Assembly (NCBI GenBank): GCA_964608675.1
Contig: CAZSOZ010000006.1
Span: 1-62,439, forward strand
Direction: 5' to 3'
From: an uncultured archaeon
GTDB lineage: Archaea > Iainarchaeota > Iainarchaeia > Iainarchaeales > 1-14-0-10-31-34
Length of the DNA stretch: 62,439 nucleotides
The notes below the pieces were generated by a model. That model was not told the DNA's origin. It worked only from the letters and a program-made list of their open reading frames with translations, and did not search any database. The position numbers and the translations under genes were made by a program. Position 1 is the stretch's first letter. The number at the start of each line of letters is the position of its first letter. This document shows, one piece after another, positions 1 through 8,429 of this stretch.

Positions 1-87
1 AAAAGAATCAGCAAAAAAAAAAAGCAAAAAAAAATTTAAGGCTTATGAAAATAAAAAAAAATATAAAAAAAAACAAGGTATTAAAAA

Positions 88-513
88 ATGAAAAAAAAAG
101 TAGTTGCTTTTGGAACATTTGATGGACTGCACCCAGGCCACATTTATTATTTAAAGCAGGCAAAAAAATTTGGAGAACTAACAGTTATTATTGCAAGAGA
201 TTCAACAGTAAAAAAAATCAAAAGAAGAAAAACATTATTCAACGAAAAAGAAAGAAAACAAATGATTGAATCATTAAATACAGTGGACAAAGCAATACTA
301 GGGAAAAAAAAAGAAAGCAAATTCAAAATACTCAAAAAAATAAATCCGGATATAATTGCATTAGGATACGACCAAAAACCAGGAAAAAAAGAACTTAAAA
401 AAGAATTAAAAAAAATAAATCTTAAAACAAAAATAAAAAAAATTAAAGCATGGAAACCAAAAAAATTTAAGTCAACAAAATTAAAGAAAAAAATAATAAA
501 ACTGTTAACTTAA
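88..513 (+). CDS. ribL: FAD synthase (archaeal cytidylyltransferase family)
   Basis: GTFDGLHPGH (HxGH), IIARD and IIALGYDQ motifs typical of RibL. Confidence 0.85.
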   Translation: MKKKVVAFGTFDGLHPGHIYYLKQAKKFGELTVIIARDSTVKKIKRRKTLFNEKERKQMIESLNTVDKAILGKKKESKFKILKKINPDIIALGYDQKPGKKELKKELKKINLKTKIKKIKAWKPKKFKSTKLKKKIIKLLT

Positions 514-522
514 AAAAAAAAC

Positions 523-792
523 TTATTTTGTTTTCTCTTTTTTCTGCTTTTCTTTTTCTTTTAATTCTTTTCTGAATTCAATTAAATCTTCAGGAGAAGC
601 TTCAACAGGAAAACCATAAAAACCACATTTCATGCATTTCATTTGAGGAGACAAAGCAGCAGCATCTTTTCCCAAACCATAAATTACAGGTTTCAACTGA
701 ATTGAACTGCATACAGGACAAAAACTCACAAAACCTTTTTTTTGAGAAACTCTTCTGACTTTTTCATCAAATAAATCCATTTCGTTTTTCAT
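523..792 (-). CDS. small zinc-ribbon protein, last gene of the ATP-grasp operon
   Basis: CPVC...CMKC pair; 3 bp from upstream gene on same strand. Confidence 0.7.
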   Translation of the reverse strand: MKNEMDLFDEKVRRVSQKKGFVSFCPVCSSIQLKPVIYGLGKDAAALSPQMKCMKCGFYGFPVEASPEDLIEFRKELKEKEKQKKEKTK

Positions 793-795
793 TTT

Positions 796-1620
796 TTATT
801 TCTTCTTTAATTTTTTTTCCAAATATTTAACAATTTCCAAACCAGCATTAATATTAGTACTTTCCTCAAAAGCCTTAAATTGCGGAGAACGATTAGTTTC
901 CAAAACAAACCATTTGCCTTTGCTTAAAGCAAGATCCACTCCTGAAATTTCAAGATGCGAAGCCTTAGAGGCCTTAACTGCAATACTGGAAATTTCCTTA
1001 GTTAAAGAAAATTCAACAGGCTTTCCATTTTGAGCTACATTTTTAATCCAATTCTGAGATTCTTTTTTAAATCCCCCCAAAGCTTTTCCATTTACAACTA
1101 ATACTCTTACTTCTTTTTCAAAAGGAATAAATTCCTGAACCAAAAAAACTTGTTCTTTATTTTTATGCAAAGACAAAAAAGAATGAATTTCAGAAAACTT
1201 TATTCTATGAATTCCCTCTCCTCTCTTTCCATCCAACGGCTTTAAAACAATTAAATCAGATTCAAAAAAAGGAAGAGAATAAAAAGTTTTTTCATTCAAC
1301 AAAAAAGTTTTAGGAATATTCAATCCTGCTCTAAAAAAAGAAGCATAATTAGTAAACTTGTTTTTGCCAATTAAATGAATTAATTTTTCGTCAACTACTT
1401 TTGTTCCTGACAAAAAAAAACTTAAAGCAAGCGCTTTTCCCTGCAAAGCATTTCCTTTCAAAACACGAAACAAAGCCAAATCAAATCTTTTTGAAGAAGG
1501 AAGTTCTGCCTGAAATGTTTCAGGAGAAAAAAAAGAAACTTCATGCTTTCTTTTTTCTGCTTCCTCAATGATTCTTTCTACTTCAAACTGTTTTTCAGCA
1601 GAAACAATTGCCAGCTTCAT
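796..1620 (-). CDS. RimK/LysX-family ATP-grasp ligase
   Basis: VLKPLDGKRGEGI, LVQEFI, EVRVLV, GVDL, LETNRSP (ExN) motifs. Confidence 0.9.
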   Translation of the reverse strand: MKLAIVSAEKQFEVERIIEEAEKRKHEVSFFSPETFQAELPSSKRFDLALFRVLKGNALQGKALALSFFLSGTKVVDEKLIHLIGKNKFTNYASFFRAGLNIPKTFLLNEKTFYSLPFFESDLIVLKPLDGKRGEGIHRIKFSEIHSFLSLHKNKEQVFLVQEFIPFEKEVRVLVVNGKALGGFKKESQNWIKNVAQNGKPVEFSLTKEISSIAVKASKASHLEISGVDLALSKGKWFVLETNRSPQFKAFEESTNINAGLEIVKYLEKKLKKK

Positions 1621-1621
1621 C

Positions 1622-2512
1622 TTAAAACCTGTTTTTTGCTTTAATGTCTCTTACAGAAGAATACATATATTTAACTAACTCCAAAGCAAATTTTTTTCCA
1701 AAAAAATCAATCATTAAACCCGGAGCAAAATTAACTTCAATTAAATTATATTTGCCTTCGTTTTCCATGAAATCCACTGCACAAACCCCCAAACCAAGAA
1801 TTGCCGCAGTCTTCAAAGCATCTTCTTTCATAGCAGAACTTAATTCAATTAATTCAGCTTTCCCACCTCTTGAAACATTAGTCCGCCATTCTCCTTCAAC
1901 AGGAGTTCTCTTTACTCCAAAAACGTTCTCTCCAAAAACAAGACAACGTATGTCACAATTGTTTTCAGATTTAACAAACTGTTGAGTAGAAATGAATTCT
2001 CTGAAAAGCTTTAAAGTATCCAAAACAGGCCTGAATTCTGCTTCAGAGTTTGCAATCATAACCCCTCTTCCTCCAAAACCAGATAAAAGTTTAATGATAA
2101 CAGGATACCCTATTTTATGGCTCATATCAATTGCAGTCTGAGGAGAAACAGCCAAAGAAGAAACAGGAACAGGAATGCCTTCCCTTGACAAAACCTTTAC
2201 AGTAAAATATTTATGATTAGTAATCTGAAAAGCTTCAGGAGTCAAAGGAACAAAAACATTTGACTGATTTAAAATATCCAAAACAATTTCTCCAAACATT
2301 AAATCTTTTGAAAAAAATCTTGCATAACATGCATCAAAAGAAGTTAAATCAGTTCCCTTAAACAATAACTTATTTTTTCCGTTAACACATTCAACTTTAA
2401 TTTTATTCAAAGGAGCATACAAAACAGTATCAAAATATTTATGTGCTTCCTCTAAAACCATCTGCTTTAATTCCTGTCTTTCATTGCTTCCGCCAACATA
2501 CAAAAATTTCAT
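1622..2512 (-). CDS. RimK-family ATP-grasp ligase
   Basis: IIKLLSGFGGRGV, DIRCLV, EWRTNVSRGG, AVDF, IEVNFAPG motifs. Confidence 0.92.
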   Translation of the reverse strand: MKFLYVGGSNERQELKQMVLEEAHKYFDTVLYAPLNKIKVECVNGKNKLLFKGTDLTSFDACYARFFSKDLMFGEIVLDILNQSNVFVPLTPEAFQITNHKYFTVKVLSREGIPVPVSSLAVSPQTAIDMSHKIGYPVIIKLLSGFGGRGVMIANSEAEFRPVLDTLKLFREFISTQQFVKSENNCDIRCLVFGENVFGVKRTPVEGEWRTNVSRGGKAELIELSSAMKEDALKTAAILGLGVCAVDFMENEGKYNLIEVNFAPGLMIDFFGKKFALELVKYMYSSVRDIKAKNRF

Positions 2513-3354
2513 TTTGAATCCCTGCTTAATTTAAATGAATAAAAATCCGCTAAAGATTCAAACAAGTTTTTACCCAAAATTTCATTAAAATAAAAGAAAT
2601 CAACCAGAGGGCTTACGCTTACAATATGCCCGTCAATTGACTTAATTGTAGCAGAATCCATTCCAATAACATTCACAGCCTTAACTAAATTCTTTTGTTC
2701 ATTTTCACTTAAAGTAATGCTTGAACCCCTTTTAACATACTCTAATTTTTCTTTATTCCAGTTTCTTCTTACACTAAAAACGCTTTCTCCTATTACAGCA
2801 CTTACATCCAAATCCTTTTCAAAAAAATCCTGCAAAAACAAAACATTAAAATCAGACTTAATGCTTTTAACAATTGAACCCAATGATTTTTCTGACTCAA
2901 CCAAAACATCCTGAATTTTTTTGTAACCATCAAAAACCTGCAAAACCAAAGGAAAAGAAAACTCTCTCAAAGAAGCATTAACAAAAGAACCCGAACCAAA
3001 AACAACTGTATCAGGAGTCTTAATTTTATTTGCATTCAAAGTAGTAATCTGAAAAGCTTTATTTGAAAGAATTGAATAAGAATCAGGTTTAACCTGACAA
3101 TAAATTCCTTTCTGAGAAAATTCATCAAGCAAAGGCTCAACAAACTGAGTGAACTGAACGCCAACACACAAAAAACAAGAATCAATTTCATCCAAATTAA
3201 TTGAATTTACAGTCAAAGAAGTTTGTTTTCCTTCAGTCAACAAACCCAAAGAAGCAACTTCAACAGGAAAAACAGAAAGACTCTTTTTATTAAAAGCCTC
3301 TTTTAGTTCACCCAAATAATTATTGTTCTTTCCATGCACAATCAAAGTTTTCAT
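2509..3354 (-). CDS. degenerate RimK-like ATP-grasp paralog
   Basis: Colinear with neighbour (NK..Q...L...I.TP.T, FPLVL, FLQDF) but catalytic K, R, D and ExN positions substituted; ATGA overlap with next gene. Confidence 0.7.
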   Translation of the reverse strand: MKTLIVHGKNNNYLGELKEAFNKKSLSVFPVEVASLGLLTEGKQTSLTVNSINLDEIDSCFLCVGVQFTQFVEPLLDEFSQKGIYCQVKPDSYSILSNKAFQITTLNANKIKTPDTVVFGSGSFVNASLREFSFPLVLQVFDGYKKIQDVLVESEKSLGSIVKSIKSDFNVLFLQDFFEKDLDVSAVIGESVFSVRRNWNKEKLEYVKRGSSITLSENEQKNLVKAVNVIGMDSATIKSIDGHIVSVSPLVDFFYFNEILGKNLFESLADFYSFKLSRDSK

Positions 3355-3369
3355 TTTAATCCCTTAAAT

Positions 3370-4926
3370 TTAATCGTTCACTGATTCAGAATCCTTAAAT
3401 TTGTTTTCATCTTTTTCTTCAGACTTCTTTTTTTTCTCAGGAACCCATATTTTTTTTATTTTAGTTTCAGGATCCTTTGAAATTTCATTAAAAACAAACT
3501 CAGAAAGAATGTCATTCAAAACAGACTTTCTTCTAATTAATTTATGAACATATCTTTCAAAAGACTTTGAAAGATTTTTATAAGAAGCAACATTGGCATA
3601 AATTAATCCTTCCTGTATTCTCCAGAAAGCAGGAGTCCCCTTTTTTGCAAAAACAAGATACCCGCGTTTTTTATCTGTTTCACTCATTGCTTCCTCCAAT
3701 AAACGATAATCAACCATATAAACTCCTGCAGTCTGAGGAGAAGGATCCATAATAATTATTTCTTCCCCTTCAATTCCCACACACAAAACAAAATGACCTG
3801 AACGAGATTTCTTTGAAGGAAACAAAACAGGCTTCTTATACCACATTAAAAGCATCGCCCCATCAGCAATCCAAGATTTAATTTCATCCTTTAAATTGTA
3901 AATCTGATGATACCTTATAATCTGGCCTTTAACAATTTTATTAGTTAAATCTTCAACCGATTTAATTAAATTCAAAGGTTTTGTTCCCCCAGGTTTTGTG
4001 GTTCCTGCAAGGCCTCCTATTTTTTCCTGAGAAAAATTATAGCCAAAAAAAGAAAGCATCATTGAAGCAGAAGCAGGACCACAATAATAATTCAATTGAG
4101 GAACAAACTTTTTTCGGATTGCTTCAAGCTTAGACATATCACTTCTGGCTCTCTTAACAAAAAATTCTTTTTTTAAAAACTCTTTATTAGGAACAACCAA
4201 ATTATATCCAGAAGCAAGCCTTAACATTACTCCATGAATGTCTACTCCAATTACTTCACCTGCTTCATTATCCAGTTTAATTTGCTGGCCGGGCTTAATT
4301 AAATTTCTTTCAATATAAACGCTTGCAAAAAAATTCTCAAAAATTTGCTTAAATCCAAAAAAAACAAAAGCAACAATTAAAACAATTAATCCAGTAATCA
4401 AAGTATTAAAAAAACTGCCAAACAATCCAATGTCCACTCCTACAGCAGAAAAAGAAAGCATTAAAATAATTAAAAGCAAAAATCCTTTCAAAATAAAAAA
4501 GAAAGAAGAAACAATCTGCTTTGAAATACCAAATTCTTCAAGATATGCATCAGACCCAAATTTAGTAAACAAAAACCTGAATGCATCAACAATCAAAGTA
4601 ACCAAAATATACCCCAAAACAAAAACCAAAAAGAAAATTACAACAGAAGGCAAAAAAGCCATTACCTTTGAAACCAAAACAGACGCAACAGAAACCTGCA
4701 AAAAACTCAAAGCAATAATCAAAGAAGCAACAAAAACAAACAATTCAATTGATTTTGAAACAGAATCAACCGTATAATAACTTGACTTGTATTTCTTTAA
4801 AACTGCCTTAAAAAGTCTCCCTGCAATTTTTGCAGTAAACAAACCCAAAAGAATTACTCCTATTGCCTGAGCAACATTACTGAACAAAACTTCCTGCAAT
4901 AAAAAATTCCCTAAAGATTCAACCAT
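3370..4926 (-). CDS. MscS-family (CmpX-like) channel fused to C-terminal C39-like cysteine peptidase
   Basis: Multiple TM helices; MscS core (ENFFASVYI..IKPGQQI...GEV...LVVPN); then QLNYYCGPAS, GHFVLCVG, IMDPS (Q-C-H-D). ORF open to 4956; ATG 4926 preferred. Confidence 0.85.
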   Translation of the reverse strand: MVESLGNFLLQEVLFSNVAQAIGVILLGLFTAKIAGRLFKAVLKKYKSSYYTVDSVSKSIELFVFVASLIIALSFLQVSVASVLVSKVMAFLPSVVIFFLVFVLGYILVTLIVDAFRFLFTKFGSDAYLEEFGISKQIVSSFFFILKGFLLLIILMLSFSAVGVDIGLFGSFFNTLITGLIVLIVAFVFFGFKQIFENFFASVYIERNLIKPGQQIKLDNEAGEVIGVDIHGVMLRLASGYNLVVPNKEFLKKEFFVKRARSDMSKLEAIRKKFVPQLNYYCGPASASMMLSFFGYNFSQEKIGGLAGTTKPGGTKPLNLIKSVEDLTNKIVKGQIIRYHQIYNLKDEIKSWIADGAMLLMWYKKPVLFPSKKSRSGHFVLCVGIEGEEIIIMDPSPQTAGVYMVDYRLLEEAMSETDKKRGYLVFAKKGTPAFWRIQEGLIYANVASYKNLSKSFERYVHKLIRRKSVLNDILSEFVFNEISKDPETKIKKIWVPEKKKKSEEKDENKFKDSESVND

Positions 4927-5063
4927 CAAAATCACATTAAACATATATAAAATCAATTAAATTGTTTAAATAGGTTGCCTTTCATTCATTTAAAAATACT
5001 TTTAAAGAAAAAGAAAAAAAAACAACATAACCTTTTTTTATTTCTTTGAACTTAAATAATAAA

Positions 5064-6143
5064 ATGCCAAAAAAAAAGAAAAAAAGAAAAAAAACTAATT
5101 CAAAAAAAAAGCCTTTAAAACAAAAAAGAAAAGGAAAAAAAGAATTATTTTATTCTGTTCCAGGAAACGAAAAATTTGACTTCAAAAAAACCAAAGAATA
5201 CGGCAGAAAAGTTTTAACTCATAATTTAGGCCTGCAAAAAGATGAAAAAGTTATGATTATATGCGATGAAACAACTTCATTAATAGGAAAAGCATTCAAA
5301 AAAGCAGGAAAAAAACTTGCAAAAAAAATTAAATTAATTGAAATCAAATCTCTTCCATTCAACGGAATGGAACCCGATGAAAAAACAGCAAAAGAAATGC
5401 TCAAATACAAAGTAATGATATTAATAGTTAAAAGTTCTTTAAGCCATACAAAAGCAAGAATTAATGCATCAAAAAAAGGCGCAAGAATTGCATCCATGCC
5501 CAGCTTCAATTACGCAATGATTGAAAGAGACCTTCTGGCAAACTACTACAAAATAAAAGAACTAACACTAAAAGTAGAAAAAGCATTAACTAAAGCAGAT
5601 TTAGCTGAAATAAAAACTGAAGCAGGCACAAACTTAAAAGTTCCAATAAAAGGAATGAAAGCTGCAGGAGGCATAGGAGGCTTTTACTTAAAACCCGGAA
5701 GATGGGGAAACATTCCTCAAGGAGAAGCCTACATGGTTCCAGAAGAAGGAAAAACCGAAGGAAAACTTGTAGTGGATGCATCAATGGGAAGCATTGGAAA
5801 AATTGAAACTCCAATAGAACTCACAATAAAAAAAGGGTTTGTGACAAAAATTGAAGGAAAAGAAGAAGCAGAAAAACTAAAAAAAATATTAAAACCATTA
5901 GGAAAAAACGCAAGAAATATTGCAGAATTTGCAATAGGAACAAATGACACAGCAAAAATAATCGGGGTAGTATTAGAAGACGAAAAAGTATTAGGAACCG
6001 CACATTTAGCAATAGGAAACAATACTTCAATGAAAGGCGGAACAACTTACTCAGAAATCCATTTCGACGGAGTATTCAAAAACCCAACAATCTGGTTAGA
6101 CGGAAAACTCTTCATGGAAAAAGGAAAAATTTTAATGCAATAA
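5064..6143 (+). CDS. M29 aminopeptidase (aminopeptidase T/AmpS-like) with Lys-rich N-terminal extension
   Basis: GNIPQGEAY, NIAEFAIGTN, EDEKVLGTAHLAIG, IHFD motifs. Confidence 0.9.
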   Translation: MPKKKKKRKKTNSKKKPLKQKRKGKKELFYSVPGNEKFDFKKTKEYGRKVLTHNLGLQKDEKVMIICDETTSLIGKAFKKAGKKLAKKIKLIEIKSLPFNGMEPDEKTAKEMLKYKVMILIVKSSLSHTKARINASKKGARIASMPSFNYAMIERDLLANYYKIKELTLKVEKALTKADLAEIKTEAGTNLKVPIKGMKAAGGIGGFYLKPGRWGNIPQGEAYMVPEEGKTEGKLVVDASMGSIGKIETPIELTIKKGFVTKIEGKEEAEKLKKILKPLGKNARNIAEFAIGTNDTAKIIGVVLEDEKVLGTAHLAIGNNTSMKGGTTYSEIHFDGVFKNPTIWLDGKLFMEKGKILMQ

Positions 6144-6364
6144 TTTTATTTTCTCTTCATCTGCGTTTACTTCGATTTTTTGGCCGTCCTTTAAAATTTT
6201 AGTGATGTCTTTTACTCCAAACAAGGAATTTGAAATTCTCTTGAAACAATTGCTGCATGAAAAGTAATTCCTGCAATTTCAATTAATATGACTGAAGCCT
6301 TTTTCATTACAGGAAGGTATTCAGTTGCAGTGTAAAGCACAACCAAAATTTTTCCTTTCTTCAT
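6132..6364 (-). pseudogene. PEP-utilising enzyme mobile (phosphohistidine swivel) domain, frameshifted
   Basis: Manual translation MKKGKILVVLYTATEYLPVMKKASVILIEIAGITFHAAIVSREFQIPC, frameshift near 6219, then GVKDITKILKDGQKIEVNADEEKIKLLH*. Confidence 0.85.
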
Positions 6365-6395
6365 TTTTTTAAATCATTTAAAACAACAGAATGGT

Positions 6396-6425
6396 AAAAC
6401 AAAAATTATTAATATAATTTGATGT
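6396..6425 (+). repeat. 30-bp direct repeat, left copy flanking Fic module
   Basis: aaaacaaaaattattaatataatttgatgt identical to 6982-7011. Confidence 0.95.
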
Positions 6426-6448
6426 TAAACCTGTAAATTAAGGCGCTA

Positions 6449-6571
6449 TTAAAGGTTTCCGATTGCAATCAAAAGTTTTTTATGTCCCTTAATCAAATCA
6501 TTGAATTCCTTTAATTCTTCTGAAACAATTTTATACTTTAAACTATCTTTTAAATTCTCTGATTTTGCCAT
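6449..6571 (-). CDS. 40-aa ORF overlapping the Fic gene 3' end, putative antitoxin
   Basis: Manual translation MAKSENLKDSLKYKIVSEELKEFNDLIKGHKKLLIAIGNL*; below the ORF-track cutoff. Confidence 0.65.
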   Translation of the reverse strand: MAKSENLKDSLKYKIVSEELKEFNDLIKGHKKLLIAIGNL

Positions 6572-6935
6572 TTTTCAGCCACTCCTTTATTTCTTTATCA
6601 GAATAAAAACCTTCCCTAATGCCTAACATTACTCTGGCATTTTCAGAGTCATCTTTAATCCCAATTTTTTTGTTGTTTATCACCAAAAAATATTTTACGA
6701 CAATAAAAGCCGTTCTCCTGTTGCCGCTTGCAAAAGCATGAGCCTGAACTAAACCTTTAAGCAAAACAACTGCTTTATCAAATAAATCCCCTTGAAAAGA
6801 CTTACATAAAGCTAAAACATCAAAAAGTTTTGTCTTGCTTAAAACTTCTGCTGAATCAGATTTCTTTACTTTAATTACATTTAATACAAGCAAGTTGAAT
6901 TCAATTATTTTATCTACAGAAGGATATTCAACCAT
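6543..6935 (-). CDS. Fic/Doc family protein
   Basis: KAVVLLKGLVQAHAFASGNRRTAF Fic motif variant; ATG 6935 preferred. Confidence 0.88.
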   Translation of the reverse strand: MVEYPSVDKIIEFNLLVLNVIKVKKSDSAEVLSKTKLFDVLALCKSFQGDLFDKAVVLLKGLVQAHAFASGNRRTAFIVVKYFLVINNKKIGIKDDSENARVMLGIREGFYSDKEIKEWLKNGKIREFKR

Positions 6936-6981
6936 AAAAAAAACAGTAATGCGCAAAAAACTTAATACTATCAGAATAAAC

Positions 6982-7011
6982 AAAACAAAAATTATTAATA
7001 TAATTTGATGT
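6982..7011 (+). repeat. 30-bp direct repeat, right copy
   Basis: identical to 6396-6425. Confidence 0.95.
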
Positions 7012-7030
7012 AAGGTTTTACTGATTGAAA

Positions 7031-8350
7031 ATGAAAAAGCCATTAAAGCGGTCAATGATTGGATTAGAAACAGAATTTTTTACTTTAAACGAAAACGGGT
7101 TCATGGTATCAAAAGCAGACGACTTACTTAAAGAAACAAAAAAACAAAAAATTCCTTTAGTAAAAGAATGCTCAAAAAACATGCTGGAATTAGGGGTTTA
7201 TCCTTCAATTAAAATCTACAATATTTCAAAAAACTATTTAGAAGAACTCCAAAAATTAATTGATTCAGCAGAAAAACAATCAACAATGATTTATCCCTTA
7301 GGAACCTATCCAGGAAGCTTTGAACCAGACATGAGAACAAAAGGATTATATGGAATAAAACAAAAAGTATTCGGAGAAAACAAATTCAAAATAGCAGGAA
7401 GAAACATTGGATTTCATTTTCATTACACTCTTCCAAGAGGAGTGTTTAACGCAAAGAAAAAAAAATTAAAACAAACAAAAAAATCAAAGATAGCAGAAAG
7501 CATGGTTAACGCATTCAATTTAATGATTGCAGTAGACCCAGCAATAACAACCTTGCTGCAAAGTTCTCCTTTCTATCAAGGAAAATACTATGGAAAAGAC
7601 TCCAGAATAATCTGGTACAGAGGAGGAAAAGCACTGCAAAATCCAGATGGATTATATGCAGAAATGGAAGAAATAGGCCAACTCCCTCACTACGTTTATA
7701 CAGGAACAGATTTAATTAACAAAATTGAAGGAACATGGAAAGCATGGCAAAAAGAATTAATTAAAGCAGGAATTCCTGCAAAAAAAATTCACGAATACCC
7801 AAACAAAATGAGCATAGGCTGGCCTCCATTAAAAGTAAACGTGCACGGAACACTAGAACAAAGAGGATTTGACATGAATCACCCAAAATACATTCTAGGA
7901 GCAAGCGTTTTAATTTCAGCAATATTAAGAGAAATCTTCCAAGAATTCCTTGAAGTAAAACCATCAGATTACGGAATAGAAAATCCATTCAAAAAAGAAA
8001 ACAACACAATCTACATTCCTCCAAACACCGAAGTAAGAGAAAAACTGCAGTTATTGTCTGCAAAAAAAGGACTGGAATCAAAAGAAATACAAAAAAACAT
8101 TAAAGGACTAATAAAATTAAGCAAAACATTTATGTTAAAAGAAGAAAAAAAAGCAGTAAAACCTTTGCTGAACATCGTAGACAGAAACGCCACTGTTTCA
8201 GATGTATTAATTAAAAGAGTAAAAAAATCAGGATTCAAATTAAATGAAATTGTGCCAAATGACTTGTTTGCAGAAATGGCATTAAAAAGCTGCAGACAAC
8301 TAAAAAAATCCATGAACAAAACAAAAAAAACCTTTGAAGCAATAATATAA
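7031..8350 (+). CDS. glutamate-cysteine ligase family 2 (GCS2/YbdK-like carboxylate-amine ligase)
   Basis: IGLETEFF, E..NMLEL, GFHFHY, SSPFYQG..DSR, TLEQRGFD motifs. Confidence 0.85.
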   Translation: MKKPLKRSMIGLETEFFTLNENGFMVSKADDLLKETKKQKIPLVKECSKNMLELGVYPSIKIYNISKNYLEELQKLIDSAEKQSTMIYPLGTYPGSFEPDMRTKGLYGIKQKVFGENKFKIAGRNIGFHFHYTLPRGVFNAKKKKLKQTKKSKIAESMVNAFNLMIAVDPAITTLLQSSPFYQGKYYGKDSRIIWYRGGKALQNPDGLYAEMEEIGQLPHYVYTGTDLINKIEGTWKAWQKELIKAGIPAKKIHEYPNKMSIGWPPLKVNVHGTLEQRGFDMNHPKYILGASVLISAILREIFQEFLEVKPSDYGIENPFKKENNTIYIPPNTEVREKLQLLSAKKGLESKEIQKNIKGLIKLSKTFMLKEEKKAVKPLLNIVDRNATVSDVLIKRVKKSGFKLNEIVPNDLFAEMALKSCRQLKKSMNKTKKTFEAII

Positions 8351-8429
8351 AAAAAATAAATAAACAATCAATAGTTGCTATTTTTATTTCTTTTTTTTCA
8401 TAAATTTTAAGAAAGGGAGTGAAAAAAAA

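Noticed and set aside
523-792. LysW carrier or graspetide precursor
   Set aside because: No acidic EDWGE C-terminus and no repeated Thr/Lys-Asp/Glu core motifs
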